A DNA stretch of 64,000 nucleotides, taken from the NCBI GenBank assembly GCA_963758525.1, contig CAVWVQ010000003.1, positions 2,368,001 through 2,432,000 of the forward strand, given 5' to 3'. The notes below the pieces were generated by a model. That model saw nothing but the letters and a program-made list of their open reading frames with translations, did not search any database and was not told the DNA's origin. Shown in pieces: positions 8,949 to 18,376 of this stretch; position 1 is the stretch's first letter, and every line of letters begins with the position of its first letter. Source of the stretch: an uncultured Phycisphaerales bacterium (GTDB taxonomy: Bacteria > Planctomycetota > Phycisphaerae > Tepidisphaerales > Tepidisphaeraceae). A program made the translations under genes and the position numbers.

Positions 8949-10709
8949 TCAGTACGTGAGTTTGGATCCGGTCATAATGTAATGCTCGACAATTGGGGAC
9001 AGGGACAGCACCGGGAAGAACGTCAGCGCGCCGACGATGATGACGGTGCCGATGAGCAGCACGATGAACGTTGGTCCGGTGACCGGAAAGCTTCCGACAC
9101 TTGCCGGGGCGGCTTTTTTCTTCACGAGACTTCCGGCCAGAGCGAGGACGGGAACGATCATGAAGAACCTTCCGAAGAGAATGACGATGCCGAGGATGGT
9201 GTCCCAGTGACGATCGCCGTTGGTTGGCGCGCAAGTTAGACCTGCGAACGCGGAGCCGTTATTCCCGGTTCCGGAGCTGAACGCGTAGAGCATTTCGCCC
9301 AGCCCGTGCGGTCCGTTGTTGTTGAGTCCCGCCTGACCCCAATCGCTGATCGATGCCCAGGCGGTTGGCACGAGCACGCCAAACGCGGTGACCAGCACCA
9401 TCAGGGACGCGAGCTTTACGTCGTACGCTTCGATTTTCTTTCCGAGGTATTCGGGCGTTCGCCCGATCATGAGCCCGGCGATGAAGATGGCGACGAAGAC
9501 GAACACAAGCATGCCGTAGAGCCCTGAACCGACGCCGCCGAAAATCACCTCGCCGAGCTGCATGTTGATCAGCGGAATCAAGCCGCCCAGCGGCGTGAAG
9601 CTGTCGTGCATGGAGTTGACCGCGCCGCACGTGGTGCTGGTGGTCATCGCGGCAAAGGCGGCGGAGTTCATCACGCCGAAGCGCACTTCCTTCCCTTCCA
9701 TGTTCCCGTAACCAGGATCGACTCCGAGGTCGGCCAGTCGCGGGTTGCCGTGCGACTCGGCCGCCCAGCAAACAATGATCCCGGTCACCAGGACGATGAA
9801 CATCGCCGCCCAGACGGCCCAGCCGTGCGCCTGCTTGTTGACCATTCGGCCCAGGTAATAGGTCAACGCGCTGGCAACCGACATGAACGAGACGATCTGT
9901 ACGAAATCGACCAGCGGGTTGGGGTTCTCAAAGGGGTGAGAACTGTTGGCATTGTAGTAGCCGCCGCCGTTGGTCCCGAACATCTTGATGGCAATCATCG
10001 AAGCGACCGGTCCCTGGGCGATGGTCTGCGCGGTGGGCTGGGTCGTCGAAGCCGCGCCGGATTGATCCAGCGCGTTCACGACAGAATAAGGACGGAAATT
10101 CTGCGGCGTACCCTGCGAGATCAGGAACAATGCATAGACGATCGAGAGGGGCAGCAACAGATAGAGATTGAGCCGCACCAGGTCGCGCCAGAAGTTGCCG
10201 ATGGTCGAGCCGGCACTGGTTGCAATGCCGCGCACCAGCGCCGCCGCCACGGCGATACCGACAGCCGCCGAGAAGTAGTGGTGCATGACCAGAGCCACCA
10301 TCTGGGAGAAGTAGCTCATCGTCGATTCGCCGCCGTAGCTCTGCCAGTTTGTGTTGGTGAGGAAGCTGGCGGCAGTATTGAACGCGAGATGATCCGGCAC
10401 CGCGGGGAGTCCCTGCGGATTGAGCGGCAGCTTGGCCTGGAAGCGCAGCAGGCCGTAGGTCACGAGCATCGTCACGCAACTGAAGATCAGCATCGCGACG
10501 CTGTACTCTTTCCAGTTCTGCTCCTTCTTCGGATCGACGCCAAACATCTTGTAGAGCAACCGTTCGATCGGCCCGAGCGCGCGCTCCAGCGCGGTTCCTC
10601 CCTGCCGCTCCGGATCGAGAATGTGCAGCAGGTAAATTCCCAGCGGCTTGGTGAGCAAAGCGACCGCGCCAAGCATCAAAGCCAGTTGAAACCAGTCCGA
10701 ACCACGCAT
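8949..10709 (-). CDS. kdpA: K+-transporting ATPase subunit A
   Basis: [45 protein letters not shown]. Confidence 0.98.
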   Translation of the reverse strand: MRGSDWFQLALMLGAVALLTKPLGIYLLHILDPERQGGTALERALGPIERLLYKMFGVDPKKEQNWKEYSVAMLIFSCVTMLVTYGLLRFQAKLPLNPQGLPAVPDHLAFNTAASFLTNTNWQSYGGESTMSYFSQMVALVMHHYFSAAVGIAVAAALVRGIATSAGSTIGNFWRDLVRLNLYLLLPLSIVYALFLISQGTPQNFRPYSVVNALDQSGAASTTQPTAQTIAQGPVASMIAIKMFGTNGGGYYNANSSHPFENPNPLVDFVQIVSFMSVASALTYYLGRMVNKQAHGWAVWAAMFIVLVTGIIVCWAAESHGNPRLADLGVDPGYGNMEGKEVRFGVMNSAAFAAMTTSTTCGAVNSMHDSFTPLGGLIPLINMQLGEVIFGGVGSGLYGMLVFVFVAIFIAGLMIGRTPEYLGKKIEAYDVKLASLMVLVTAFGVLVPTAWASISDWGQAGLNNNGPHGLGEMLYAFSSGTGNNGSAFAGLTCAPTNGDRHWDTILGIVILFGRFFMIVPVLALAGSLVKKKAAPASVGSFPVTGPTFIVLLIGTVIIVGALTFFPVLSLSPIVEHYIMTGSKLTY

Positions 10710-10823
10710 GGCAAACTCCGTAATCTAAAATGAATGTGCTCGAGTGCGCTCACGTGCAAGCAGTATGCTGACCTCCGGACAGCGGCAAAAAGATTTTCAG
10801 AAGCGCGCAGTCGCGCAACGTCA

Positions 10824-10907
10824 TCAAAATTTCTCGGGACGAATCAGTGAAGCGAACAGATAGATCACCAGGCTGATCGCCACGATTCCCACACAAAGGT
10901 TTTCCAT
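10824..10907 (-). CDS. kdpF: K+-transporting ATPase subunit F
   Basis: MENLCVGIVAISLVIYLFASLIRPEKF, with the characteristic YL...L.RPEKF end. Confidence 0.9.
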   Translation of the reverse strand: MENLCVGIVAISLVIYLFASLIRPEKF

Positions 10908-10909
10908 GG

Positions 10910-10993
10910 TCAGAGTCTCCCGCAGGCATAGGTGTATAGAATGCAGACGGCGAAGAAGCCGACCGTCGTGGATACGAATAAAACGTCCATCAT
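10910..10993 (-). CDS. Small hydrophobic peptide upstream of kdpF (27 aa)
   Basis: MMDVLFVSTTVGFFAVCILYTYACGRL*; AGGAG RBS upstream; stop is 2 nt before the kdpF ATG. Confidence 0.75.
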   Translation of the reverse strand: MMDVLFVSTTVGFFAVCILYTYACGRL

Positions 10994-11023
10994 AAAACTG
11001 ACTCCTGTCTTCCCAGTGCATTA

Positions 11024-11053
11024 CCTCCTCTCCCGGTACTCAGGGAGAGGAGG
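11024..11053. repeat. Palindrome, family D (CCTCTCCC-n-GTAC-n-GGGAGAGG)
   Basis: cctcctctccc ggtactca gggagaggagg; related to 51343-51460. Confidence 0.7.
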
Positions 11054-11089
11054 ATCGATTGCTCGTGAAGCAGCCGCGCGAACAACACT

Positions 11090-11835
11090 TCAAAATGTCT
11101 CCGGTCCATCACCAATCAGCGACGGCATCGCCGGCGAGGTGACGTCATCGCCAAAGGCAACGGGGCGCACACTCTTGCCGTGGTAGCGGATGTCGGCCAG
11201 GCGGCGCAGATTTTCCTGGGCCGGCTGATAACCCCGGTTGCTCATCGCGGACTTCTCGTAGAACTTGCGTGCGCTTTCCACGCGTCCGTGCGATTCGTGA
11301 AGCACGCCGGCAAGATTCAGAAATGCCGGGTCTTCGTCGGCGATCATTCCGGCGCTCATCAGCCCGGCTTCCGCCTGGCGAAATTCTCCGCGCGCAGGGC
11401 GTCGCGCACTCTCTGCAGCACCTCCCCATAGCCGGCGCTGGGCGCCCGCAGATGGGCGGGGAGCTCGTCGTGCAGCACGCTGGCAACGCTGAGGCGCAGC
11501 TCGTCGGGCGTGAACGGCTTCTCGATGAAGTCGCTGGCGCCCAGGCGAATCGCCTGGATCGCATTCCGCACCGATCCGTGCGCCGTCATCACGATCGCTC
11601 GCGGCATCTGATGCGATAGCAGGCCGCGGATTTCCGCCAGCACGGTCATTCCATCGAGCACCGGCATTGCCAGATCGAGCAGCACCAGGTCCGGCGGCGA
11701 GGCATGTATCTGCTGCAGCGCGTCGCCGCCGTTGACCGCATGCTCGATGGCGTATCCCGCCGCCTCCAGGCAGAGGCGCACCGACGTGCGGATGTTCGCG
11801 TCGTCATCCACGATGAGAATTCGTATTGCATGCAT
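11090..11835 (-). CDS. Response regulator receiver + TPR-like C-terminal domain (frameshift ~11375)
   Basis: ILIVDDD, LVLLDLAMP, TAHG, KPF; tail 'AFLNLAGVLHESHG...ARKFYEKS...YQPAQENLRRL'. Confidence 0.85.
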
Positions 11836-11879
11836 GGGAAGAGCCCCTTGCTTCAAAACGTTGTCTTCAGTGCCCGCCG

Positions 11880-12625
11880 CTACTCCGCATTCACCACGTG
11901 AAACGGAATCTCTCCCTGCGCGTCGCCCCCGAGCATCACACTTTGCGAACTGCGTCCGAACGAATGCAACTCATACAGGCGGCGGATGTTCAACTGCGAC
12001 GGTTGATAATTCCGATCGGCCGCGATCGCCTTGCCATAACACTTGGCGCCAGCCGCCATTTCCGCTGCACCTCATAGAGCACTCCGAGCAAGTTGAAATA
12101 TTGAGCGCTCTCCTGCTCGCGCACTTCGGCGGCCTTGGTCAGCAGCGACTCGGCGCTTGAGAAATCCGCCTGCCGCAACGAGCGGCGAATCCGTTCCAGC
12201 ACCTCCGCGTACCCTCCCGCCACGTCCGAGCCGACGGGCGGCGAATCGAGCTCGGGCTCTTCGAGTATGCTTCGGACGCTTCGCCGAAGCTCCGTGGGAG
12301 TCAGCGGCTTCTCGAGAAAATCCAGCGCTCCCAGGCGCGTTGCCTTCACCGCCGACTGGATCGACCCGTACGCCGTGAGAATCATCACGCGAGGCATGCG
12401 CACGTGGGGCAATTCCCTGAGCCGCTCGAGCACCGCCATCCCGTCCATCACCGGCATATTCAGATCGAGCACCACCAGGTCCGGCATGTGCTGCTCGATC
12501 GCCGCCAGCGCCTCACGGCCGTTGGCGGCTTCGTTCACCTCGTGCCCGTCGGCCTCGAGGGCCGTGCGGAGCATCATCCGGATGTTGGATTCATCGTCCG
12601 TTATAAGAATAGACGCCGGCATCAT
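11880..12625 (-). CDS. Response regulator receiver + TPR-like domain, paralogue of the adjacent gene (frameshift ~12047; 3' end approximate)
   Basis: ILITDDE, LVVLDLNMP, TAYG, KP; tail 'YFNLLGVLYEVQRKWRLA' continues 'KCYGKAIAADRNYQPSQLNIRRLYEL' in another frame. Confidence 0.85.
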
Positions 12626-14546
12626 GGGTCTCCTTGTGCGGTTCGTTGGCCGGCTGATCGGCGCGCTGCAGCGTGAAGCTCAGCCGGCTTCCTTCGCCCT
12701 CGCGGCTCTGCGCCGCGATGTGGCCGCCATGCGCTTCGACAATTTCTTTTGCAATCGCCAGCCCAAGCCCCGCCCCAGGAACCTGGTTTTCGCGCGGCAC
12801 GCGGAAAAAACGCTCGAAGATACGCGGCAGAAATTCCGCTGGAATTCCCATTCCCGTGTCTTCGACGACGAAGCGCACCATGGAGTCTTCGTTTGCCGCG
12901 GTCACCCGCACGCGTCCGCCGGGCGCGGTGAACTTCAGCGAGTTGCCCAGCAGATTCGAGAATACATGATCGATCCGCGCCGGATCGACCAGTACGGGTG
13001 CAACGTCGCCCGGCACGTCGACCTCCAGGGTCACGCCGCGATCGTGAAACGCTGTTTCCAGCGGCGTGATCGCATCCGACACCAGTCGCTCGGCGGGCTC
13101 CGAACGAAGATCCAGCTCGACTCGGCCGGATTCGAGCCGGCCCATGTCCAGAAGATCGGCGATGATTCGTTCGAGCCGATCGCTGTCTTCGCGGGCCGCC
13201 ATCAGCAGTTCCGTCTGTTTCAAGCTCAACGGTCCCACCTGCTCCTCCAGGAGCAGATGCACCGCCATGCGGATCGACGTCAACGGCGTCTTCAGCTCGT
13301 GCGACACCACCGACAGCAGGCCGCTCTTCATCTCGTCGAGACGCCGCAAGTTGGTGACATCCGCCAGAACCAGCGTGACGCCCAGAAGATGATGCTCCGC
13401 GTCGCGGATCGGCACCGCGTGCGGCAGGAAGTATTTCAACTGCCCGCCCTGGTCGTAGACTTCGATGGCGCCTTCATATCCGCGACGCTCCAGCGGACGA
13501 TCCGCCGCCGCGACCTCGCGGACGATCTGCGCCAGACGCGGGTCGGAGGCCTGCGTGATCTCCATGCCGGGATCGAGCTGAAAGAGACGATGCGCCGTTT
13601 CGTTGGAAAGCTCGATGTGTCCGTCGGGGCTGATGATCGCGATCGCGTCGGGCAGGCTGTTGACCGCCAGTTGCGTGGTCCGTTGCGTGCGAACCAGCTT
13701 GGCGCGGTCCGTCCGGCGAAACTCCCGGAGCTTGGCCGTCATGGAATTAAACGCCTCGGCAAGCTGATGCAGCTCGTCGCGCGATCTCACCTGCACCACC
13801 AGATCCAGATTCCCCTGTTCAATTTCCCGGATCGATTTGGTCACGGTCGCAAGCGGACGCAGGATCGATCGACCGACGAAATAGGTAAAGACAATCGCCA
13901 AAGCGATCCCGGTTGCCGCCAGCAGCACCATCATTCGGGTTGCGCTGTCGGCCATCCGCTTGGCGCGGCCGTCAACCGGCTTCATGTTGTCAAGATTCAG
14001 CCGGATCACCCCCTGCGCCTGGGCTTTGAGCAGTGGCGAAACCCGCGTCAGCGTCGCATAGGCGTCGATGCGTTGTTTCCCCGTCGTCTTTGGATCGAGC
14101 AGGCTCAAAAACGCTTCGCGGTATGAATCGCTCGGCAGCTTTTCGCCGGCGAGGCTCTGGCCCTTCCATAGACGCGTCAACTCCGATGCGATCTTGTCCT
14201 CGCCTTCGAGGGTGATGTTGTGGTCCTCCGCGCTGCAGTTCGTCTCGAACTGACCGAGCGGACGATCCTGCGAGCGAAGATCACCGGCGCTATTAGATGC
14301 GGCCTGCAACTCAGCTTTCGTTGGCTCACGCGGCTCGCCGGAGATCGGCCGGGCGATGTCGTTCAATCGCTCCAGCGAGTCGAGCATGTGCTGGCCATAT
14401 TCCACGCTGCGCCAGTTCTCGTAAAAGAACTTGTCCAGCGCCGCGCGATATTGCGTGAGCACGGCAATTCCCAGCCCGCTCACGACGAGCAGAATCGCCA
14501 GAAGCCCGCCGAAGCCAAACGAGAGTTTTTGCTTGAGCCCAAACAT
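12591..14546 (-). CDS. Membrane sensor histidine kinase (2 TM, periplasmic domain, HAMP, PAS, HisKA, HATPase; KinB-like)
   Basis: VSHELKTPLTS H-box, NLLGNSLKF N-box, DTGMGI, IFERFFR, GAGLGL; HAMP 'SRDELHQLAEAFNSM'. Confidence 0.95.
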   Translation of the reverse strand: MFGLKQKLSFGFGGLLAILLVVSGLGIAVLTQYRAALDKFFYENWRSVEYGQHMLDSLERLNDIARPISGEPREPTKAELQAASNSAGDLRSQDRPLGQFETNCSAEDHNITLEGEDKIASELTRLWKGQSLAGEKLPSDSYREAFLSLLDPKTTGKQRIDAYATLTRVSPLLKAQAQGVIRLNLDNMKPVDGRAKRMADSATRMMVLLAATGIALAIVFTYFVGRSILRPLATVTKSIREIEQGNLDLVVQVRSRDELHQLAEAFNSMTAKLREFRRTDRAKLVRTQRTTQLAVNSLPDAIAIISPDGHIELSNETAHRLFQLDPGMEITQASDPRLAQIVREVAAADRPLERRGYEGAIEVYDQGGQLKYFLPHAVPIRDAEHHLLGVTLVLADVTNLRRLDEMKSGLLSVVSHELKTPLTSIRMAVHLLLEEQVGPLSLKQTELLMAAREDSDRLERIIADLLDMGRLESGRVELDLRSEPAERLVSDAITPLETAFHDRGVTLEVDVPGDVAPVLVDPARIDHVFSNLLGNSLKFTAPGGRVRVTAANEDSMVRFVVEDTGMGIPAEFLPRIFERFFRVPRENQVPGAGLGLAIAKEIVEAHGGHIAAQSREGEGSRLSFTLQRADQPANEPHKETHDAGVYSYNGR

Positions 14547-14565
14547 GATGTTCCCACGCACCTTC

Positions 14566-14582
14566 GCGAAGCTGATGCCAAA
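14566..14582 (-). promoter_or_regulatory. Putative sigma54 (-24/-12) promoter for the kinase-RR-kdp operon
   Basis: Minus strand TTTGGCATCAGCTTCGC: GG (14579-78), N10, GC (14567-66), about 20 nt before ATG 14546. Confidence 0.65.
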
Positions 14583-14646
14583 CCCATGGGAATGTGCTTA
14601 ACCCCACTGGAACCGCAAAGAACAGGGAACTTCATCCGCATCATCG

Positions 14647-14804
14647 TGCAAGATGCAACCGCGCGATGTTGTCAGATCATGCATTTTGCATGATGGCACA
14701 CGTGCCGGCCCAAGTGTCTTCCAATGTGAGCTTTAGCAATGATTCGCCACAGCCTTTTCGCTTGAGGAGCGGCCCCGAAGCCAGTCACCGGATTGCAAAC
14801 TGCA
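14647..14804. promoter_or_regulatory. Putative enhancer sites for an NtrC-family activator (TGCA-N3-TGCA x3)
   Basis: TGCAAGATGCA 14647-57, TGCATTTTGCA 14680-90, TGCAAACTGCA 14794-804. Confidence 0.5.
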
Positions 14805-14966
14805 ATGCGCCATCACGCGTCACGTGCGAGCGTCAGCACGCAAACCGCGATATTGGCGCCTTAACGCTTCCCGCCCGCTCCCTGAAGCCTAATCCATTCG
14901 ATATCACCTGCGGCATCTCGTTTGATTCTAATCGGGCGCACGGAGTTGCTTCTATTGGGAGCCAAC

Positions 14967-15443
14967 ATGAGCGCGCTGGGAATCCTGTGCTGCGTTGCAT
15001 TTTTCGTGATCGTCGCCTGCCAGGCGGTGGTGCTGCATTGGCATTACGCGCATAGCAACTGGCGATGGCTGAAGCATCGCTACCCCGCGCCGCCGTCAGA
15101 ACCGGCCGGGCCGCGACAGGTCTTTGCTGACGCGACGATCCGAGTCAACCAGCATTGGTACTGCCGTCTTTCACGCCTCACGCTGAATTCGGCCGGCCTG
15201 CGACTGGAGCTCCCCGCTCCGCTGCCCCGTCTGTTCCATCAACCGCTGTTGATCCCCTGGGACGATCTCACGCTTCGCGCTAAAAACCCTGATGGATCGC
15301 TCTTGCTCGATGCTGGAGATGCAACAACCCTCACGCTCACCGGAACCGCGGCGCTGAGCGCGCATCGCTGCTTCCAACTACGAACGACAAAATGCGTCCC
15401 GCGCAAGCTCCAGCGCAGTTCGCGGGAAAAGAGACTGCGATGA
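14967..15443 (+). CDS. Hypothetical membrane protein
   Basis: N-terminal hydrophobic helix; 'W..L..RY' and 'GL.L......FHQPLLIPWDD' PH-like tail; GGGAG RBS. Confidence 0.65.
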   Translation: MSALGILCCVAFFVIVACQAVVLHWHYAHSNWRWLKHRYPAPPSEPAGPRQVFADATIRVNQHWYCRLSRLTLNSAGLRLELPAPLPRLFHQPLLIPWDDLTLRAKNPDGSLLLDAGDATTLTLTGTAALSAHRCFQLRTTKCVPRKLQRSSREKRLR

Positions 15444-15454
15444 AATGCCTTCCC

Positions 15455-16812
15455 TCAGATCCCGTACTTCTTCCGCCGTCTCCACAGCGTGGCGACGTCA
15501 ACTCCCAACACCTTTGACGCCTCATCAAGCGAGCGAGTCTTCGCCAGCACGCGACGAATATGCATTTCCTCAAGCTGATCCAGCGAAACCAGATCGCCGA
15601 CGCCCACCGCGGCCGGCGGCGCCTCGGCCGGCGAAAAGCCGCCGGGCAGATGCTCCAGCCCGACCCGGCCGCTCTGACAGAGAATCAGCGCGCGTTCAAC
15701 CACGTTGCGCAGCTCGCGAATATTGCCCGGCCAGTGATAGGCGCAGGCGCTGCTTCGGTTTCAGGCGCGAATCCCTCCACCGGCTTTCCGCGCCTAAGTT
15801 CCCCCAGGAAACGCTCCGCCAGAACGATCACGTCCTCCGGCCGCTCGCGCAGCGCCGGAAGATCCAACTGCACCACCTTAATCCGATAGAGCAGGTCTTC
15901 GCGGAATCGCCCGGCGCTGACGGCCTCTTCGAGATCGACGTTCGTCGCGGCAATCACCCGCACGTCCGCCCGCCTGGTCCGCGCTTCACCCACTCGCTCA
16001 TACTCGCGGTCCTGCACAAAGCGCAGCAACTTCGGCTGAAGGTTCAACGGCAGATCGCCGATCTCATCGAGAAACAGCGTGCCGCCGTCCGAGCTGGCGA
16101 TGCGTCCCGGATTGTCGCGCACCGCCCCGGTGAACGCTCCGCGGGCATGTCCGAACAATTCGCTCTCCAGCAACTGTGCCGACAGCGTCGGACACGCGAT
16201 GGTCGCAAACGGCTTCTCCCGCCTGCCGCTCCACGCGTGAATCGCATGGGCGACCACGCCCTTCCCCGTCCCGCTCTCGCCGCGGAGCAGGACCGTGGTA
16301 TCCGTCACGGCCACTTGCTGCGCGAGATTGATCACCCGCTGCACGGCGGGGCTGCCGCTCTTGAGCATCACGTCAGGCTGGCGGCTCCCCAGCGCCCCCT
16401 CCAAGCCCGCCACCTGCAGTTCCAGCGCCCGCACGCGCATCACGCGCTCGGTCGTCAGCCGCAGCTGCGCCGGGGTAAACGGCTTGGTCAGATAATCCGC
16501 CGCCCCGCGCCGCATCGTCTCCACCGCGCTGTCGATCGAGCCATGCGCCGTGATGATGATCACGCGGATCCACGGGCTCTGCGCCAGCAATTCAGGGATC
16601 AGATCCAATCCCAGCGTCGCCCCCAGCCGCAAATCCACGAACGCCAGATCAAACGGCTGGCGCGTCGCCTCGGCAACCGCGTCCCCGGCGTTGCTCACCG
16701 CAACCACGCGATGCCCGTCGGCCTCGAGCCCGATCGCCAGCGTCTTGCGAATGTTGATCTCGTCGTCGACGACCAGCACGCTCAACGAAATTCCCGGGGT
16801 CTTCTCATTCAT
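15455..16812 (-). CDS. Sigma54-dependent response regulator (NtrC/AlgB family; frameshift ~15745)
   Basis: Receiver [54 protein letters not shown] and a Fis-type HTH in the second frame. Confidence 0.96.
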
Positions 16813-16877
16813 AACAATCTTCAGACACGGTCTGGTTCACCCGATAACCAATCCTACTCACTATCCCCCGGAACATC

Positions 16878-17318
16878 ATGAGCCTCTTCCCATTCACGCT
16901 TCTGCGACCCCGCACCCCGTCGTCCGCTCTATCCGGACCGCACGGCAGCCTCGATGCCTTCCTGGATGCGCTGTCCCGCGTCGCGGACCGGGTGGAGAAT
17001 CTCCATTATCGTTTCGGCGATGCGCAAGACCCCGACGGATTCGTGCAACTCTGGGGCTCCGCGGATCACTGGATCCAGATTCACCGCCTGTGGACCCGCC
17101 ATGCCGGACGCGGCGACGGCTCGCGCATCCTGCAAACCCTCTGCGCACTAGCCGACGAGCACGACATCGGCATCCGCCTCAAGGTGACTCCCATCGGCCG
17201 AAAGCCATATCCGCTTTCGAGATTGCAGCTCAAGGCGTGGTATCAGCGGCACGGCTTCGAGGGGAAAAGGTGGAACGTGCGGAGATTGCCGAGGGAGCGA
17301 TCTCTCATGACGACATAA
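16878..17318 (+). CDS. Hypothetical protein with GNAT-like motifs
   Basis: 'IHRLWT..AGRGDGSRIL..LC..AD' and 'L.AWYQRHGF' resemble acetyl-CoA binding motifs. Confidence 0.6.
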   Translation: MSLFPFTLLRPRTPSSALSGPHGSLDAFLDALSRVADRVENLHYRFGDAQDPDGFVQLWGSADHWIQIHRLWTRHAGRGDGSRILQTLCALADEHDIGIRLKVTPIGRKPYPLSRLQLKAWYQRHGFEGKRWNVRRLPRERSLMTT

Positions 17319-17586
17319 AGCTTCGCAGCGCATTTTCGCGTCTCGCGTGTCCGGAAAGACCCGGTGCATGCCTCTGAGCAGTCATGCGCGGCGCGGCCGT
17401 CCGGCGCGTTGGCGACATGTCGTTAATGTTCGAGTCATGACCGGCGTCATTCGCGCCCGGGGATCGGGGAGAATGTGAAGGGGTTGGAAAAACGCGCAAT
17501 GCAAAAACCCTTCAGGATTGAACACTTTGTATTTCACTGTCGTCTTTTGCCCGCTGTTGCCCATAAATCGACGGCAAAGCTGCCTC

Positions 17587-17614
17587 TCGACAGGTTCCAC
17601 GATGCCCGTATAAT
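17587..17614 (+). promoter_or_regulatory. Putative sigma70 promoter of tRNA-Leu
   Basis: TCGACA-16 nt-TATAAT just upstream of the tRNA. Confidence 0.55.
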
Positions 17615-17627
17615 TCGCAATCTGCTC

Positions 17628-17709
17628 GCCCAGGTGGCGGAACTGGCAGACGCACTACTTTGAGGTGGTAGCGCCGCAAGGCGTGCAGGTTCAAATCCTG
17701 TCCTGGGCA
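17628..17709 (+). tRNA. tRNA-Leu (anticodon GAG), CCA not encoded
   Basis: Acceptor GCCCAGG/CCTGGGC, D-arm TGGCGGAACTGGCAGACGC, anticodon arm CTACT-TTGAGGT-GGTAG, long variable arm, T-loop GGTTCAAATCC. Confidence 0.95.
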
Positions 17710-17713
17710 TACG

Positions 17714-17745
17714 CGAAGGCGATCCGACACGGATCGCCTTCTTCG
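17714..17745 (+). terminator. Hairpin terminator after the tRNA
   Basis: gaaggcgatccg aca cggatcgccttc followed by ttcgttt. Confidence 0.6.
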
Positions 17746-17760
17746 TTTCAAATCGCCGGG

Positions 17761-17922
17761 GAGCCGCGCACGCAGCGTACTCGCGGAGTAAGCGGAGCAT
17801 CGGAGTAAGCGGAGCATCGGAGTAAGCGGAGCATCGGAGTAAGCGGAGTTAAGCGTAGCTGAGGAGCAAGCGCATCAGTAACGTACCCGCTTACTCCGGG
17901 GAGTACCCTGCGTGCGCGGCTC
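17761..17922. repeat. REP-like inverted pair (family C) enclosing a 17-nt tandem repeat
   Basis: GAGCCGCGCACGCAG..GTACTC..CGGAGTAAGCGG at 17761-95 and inverted at 17887-922; CGGAGTAAGCGGAGCAT about 3.8 times at 17784-17848; third copy at 18229-63. Confidence 0.85.
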
Positions 17923-17934
17923 AACGAGTTTTGG

Positions 17935-18259
17935 GTACCGTTAACGGGAGCTTTGCTTGCGCCGCATACATGTTCGCAGCAATCATGTGCATGTCGTGAT
18001 TTCGGCGGATCGAGAACCGGGCCGATTGATGAGCGACCTCAAGGGGCGGGCGTCGGCTGCGTTGACCCGAGCAGGATTCCACGACGCCACGCGAAAGCGC
18101 TGGACGCGGCACGGCAGCACCCTCCATCTTTTTGATGAAGCAACGGTATCGGACAAGATCGACTACACATTACATCGTCACGGAACTCCCATGGCGTCAT
18201 ACCATGGACGAAATCGCGTGCACGCGCCGAGCCGCGCACGAAGGGTACACCCGCAGTAA
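17935..18259 (+). pseudogene. REP-associated tyrosine transposase (IS200/RAYT-like), 5'-truncated relic
   Basis: HUH motif VRSNHVHVV, 'MSDLKGRAS..L', 'WTRHGS', catalytic-Tyr region 'IDYT'; N-terminus missing, in-frame stop upstream. Confidence 0.8.
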
Positions 18260-18376
18260 GCGGGCATTTTGGGAGTTTCCTCACAAAATGAATCTTCGCG
18301 GGTAGATATGGGCGGCGGATAATTCCGAACCATAGATCGGCTTCGATACAGGCGCGATAAACGAGGCGAAGACAGG

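Noticed and set aside
10755..10771. Second sigma54 promoter between kdpF and kdpA (TCAGCATACTGCTTGCA)
   Set aside because: The -24 dinucleotide is AG rather than the near-invariant GG; it may be degenerate but is not supportable.
12135..14126. Long antisense ORFs (this one, 31626-34004, 23504-25006 and others)
   Set aside because: Shadow ORFs opposite well-supported genes, expected in high-GC DNA.
14693..14710. TGGCAC as a plus-strand sigma54 promoter
   Set aside because: There is no GC at the -12 position on either strand.
17784..17848. Possible CRISPR array
   Set aside because: The 17-nt units are directly adjacent with no unique spacers, and there are no cas genes; it is a tandem expansion of a REP end.
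17628..18300. Prophage or integrative island at tRNA-Leu
   Set aside because: No integrase is present and I saw no duplicated tRNA 3' end in the window.
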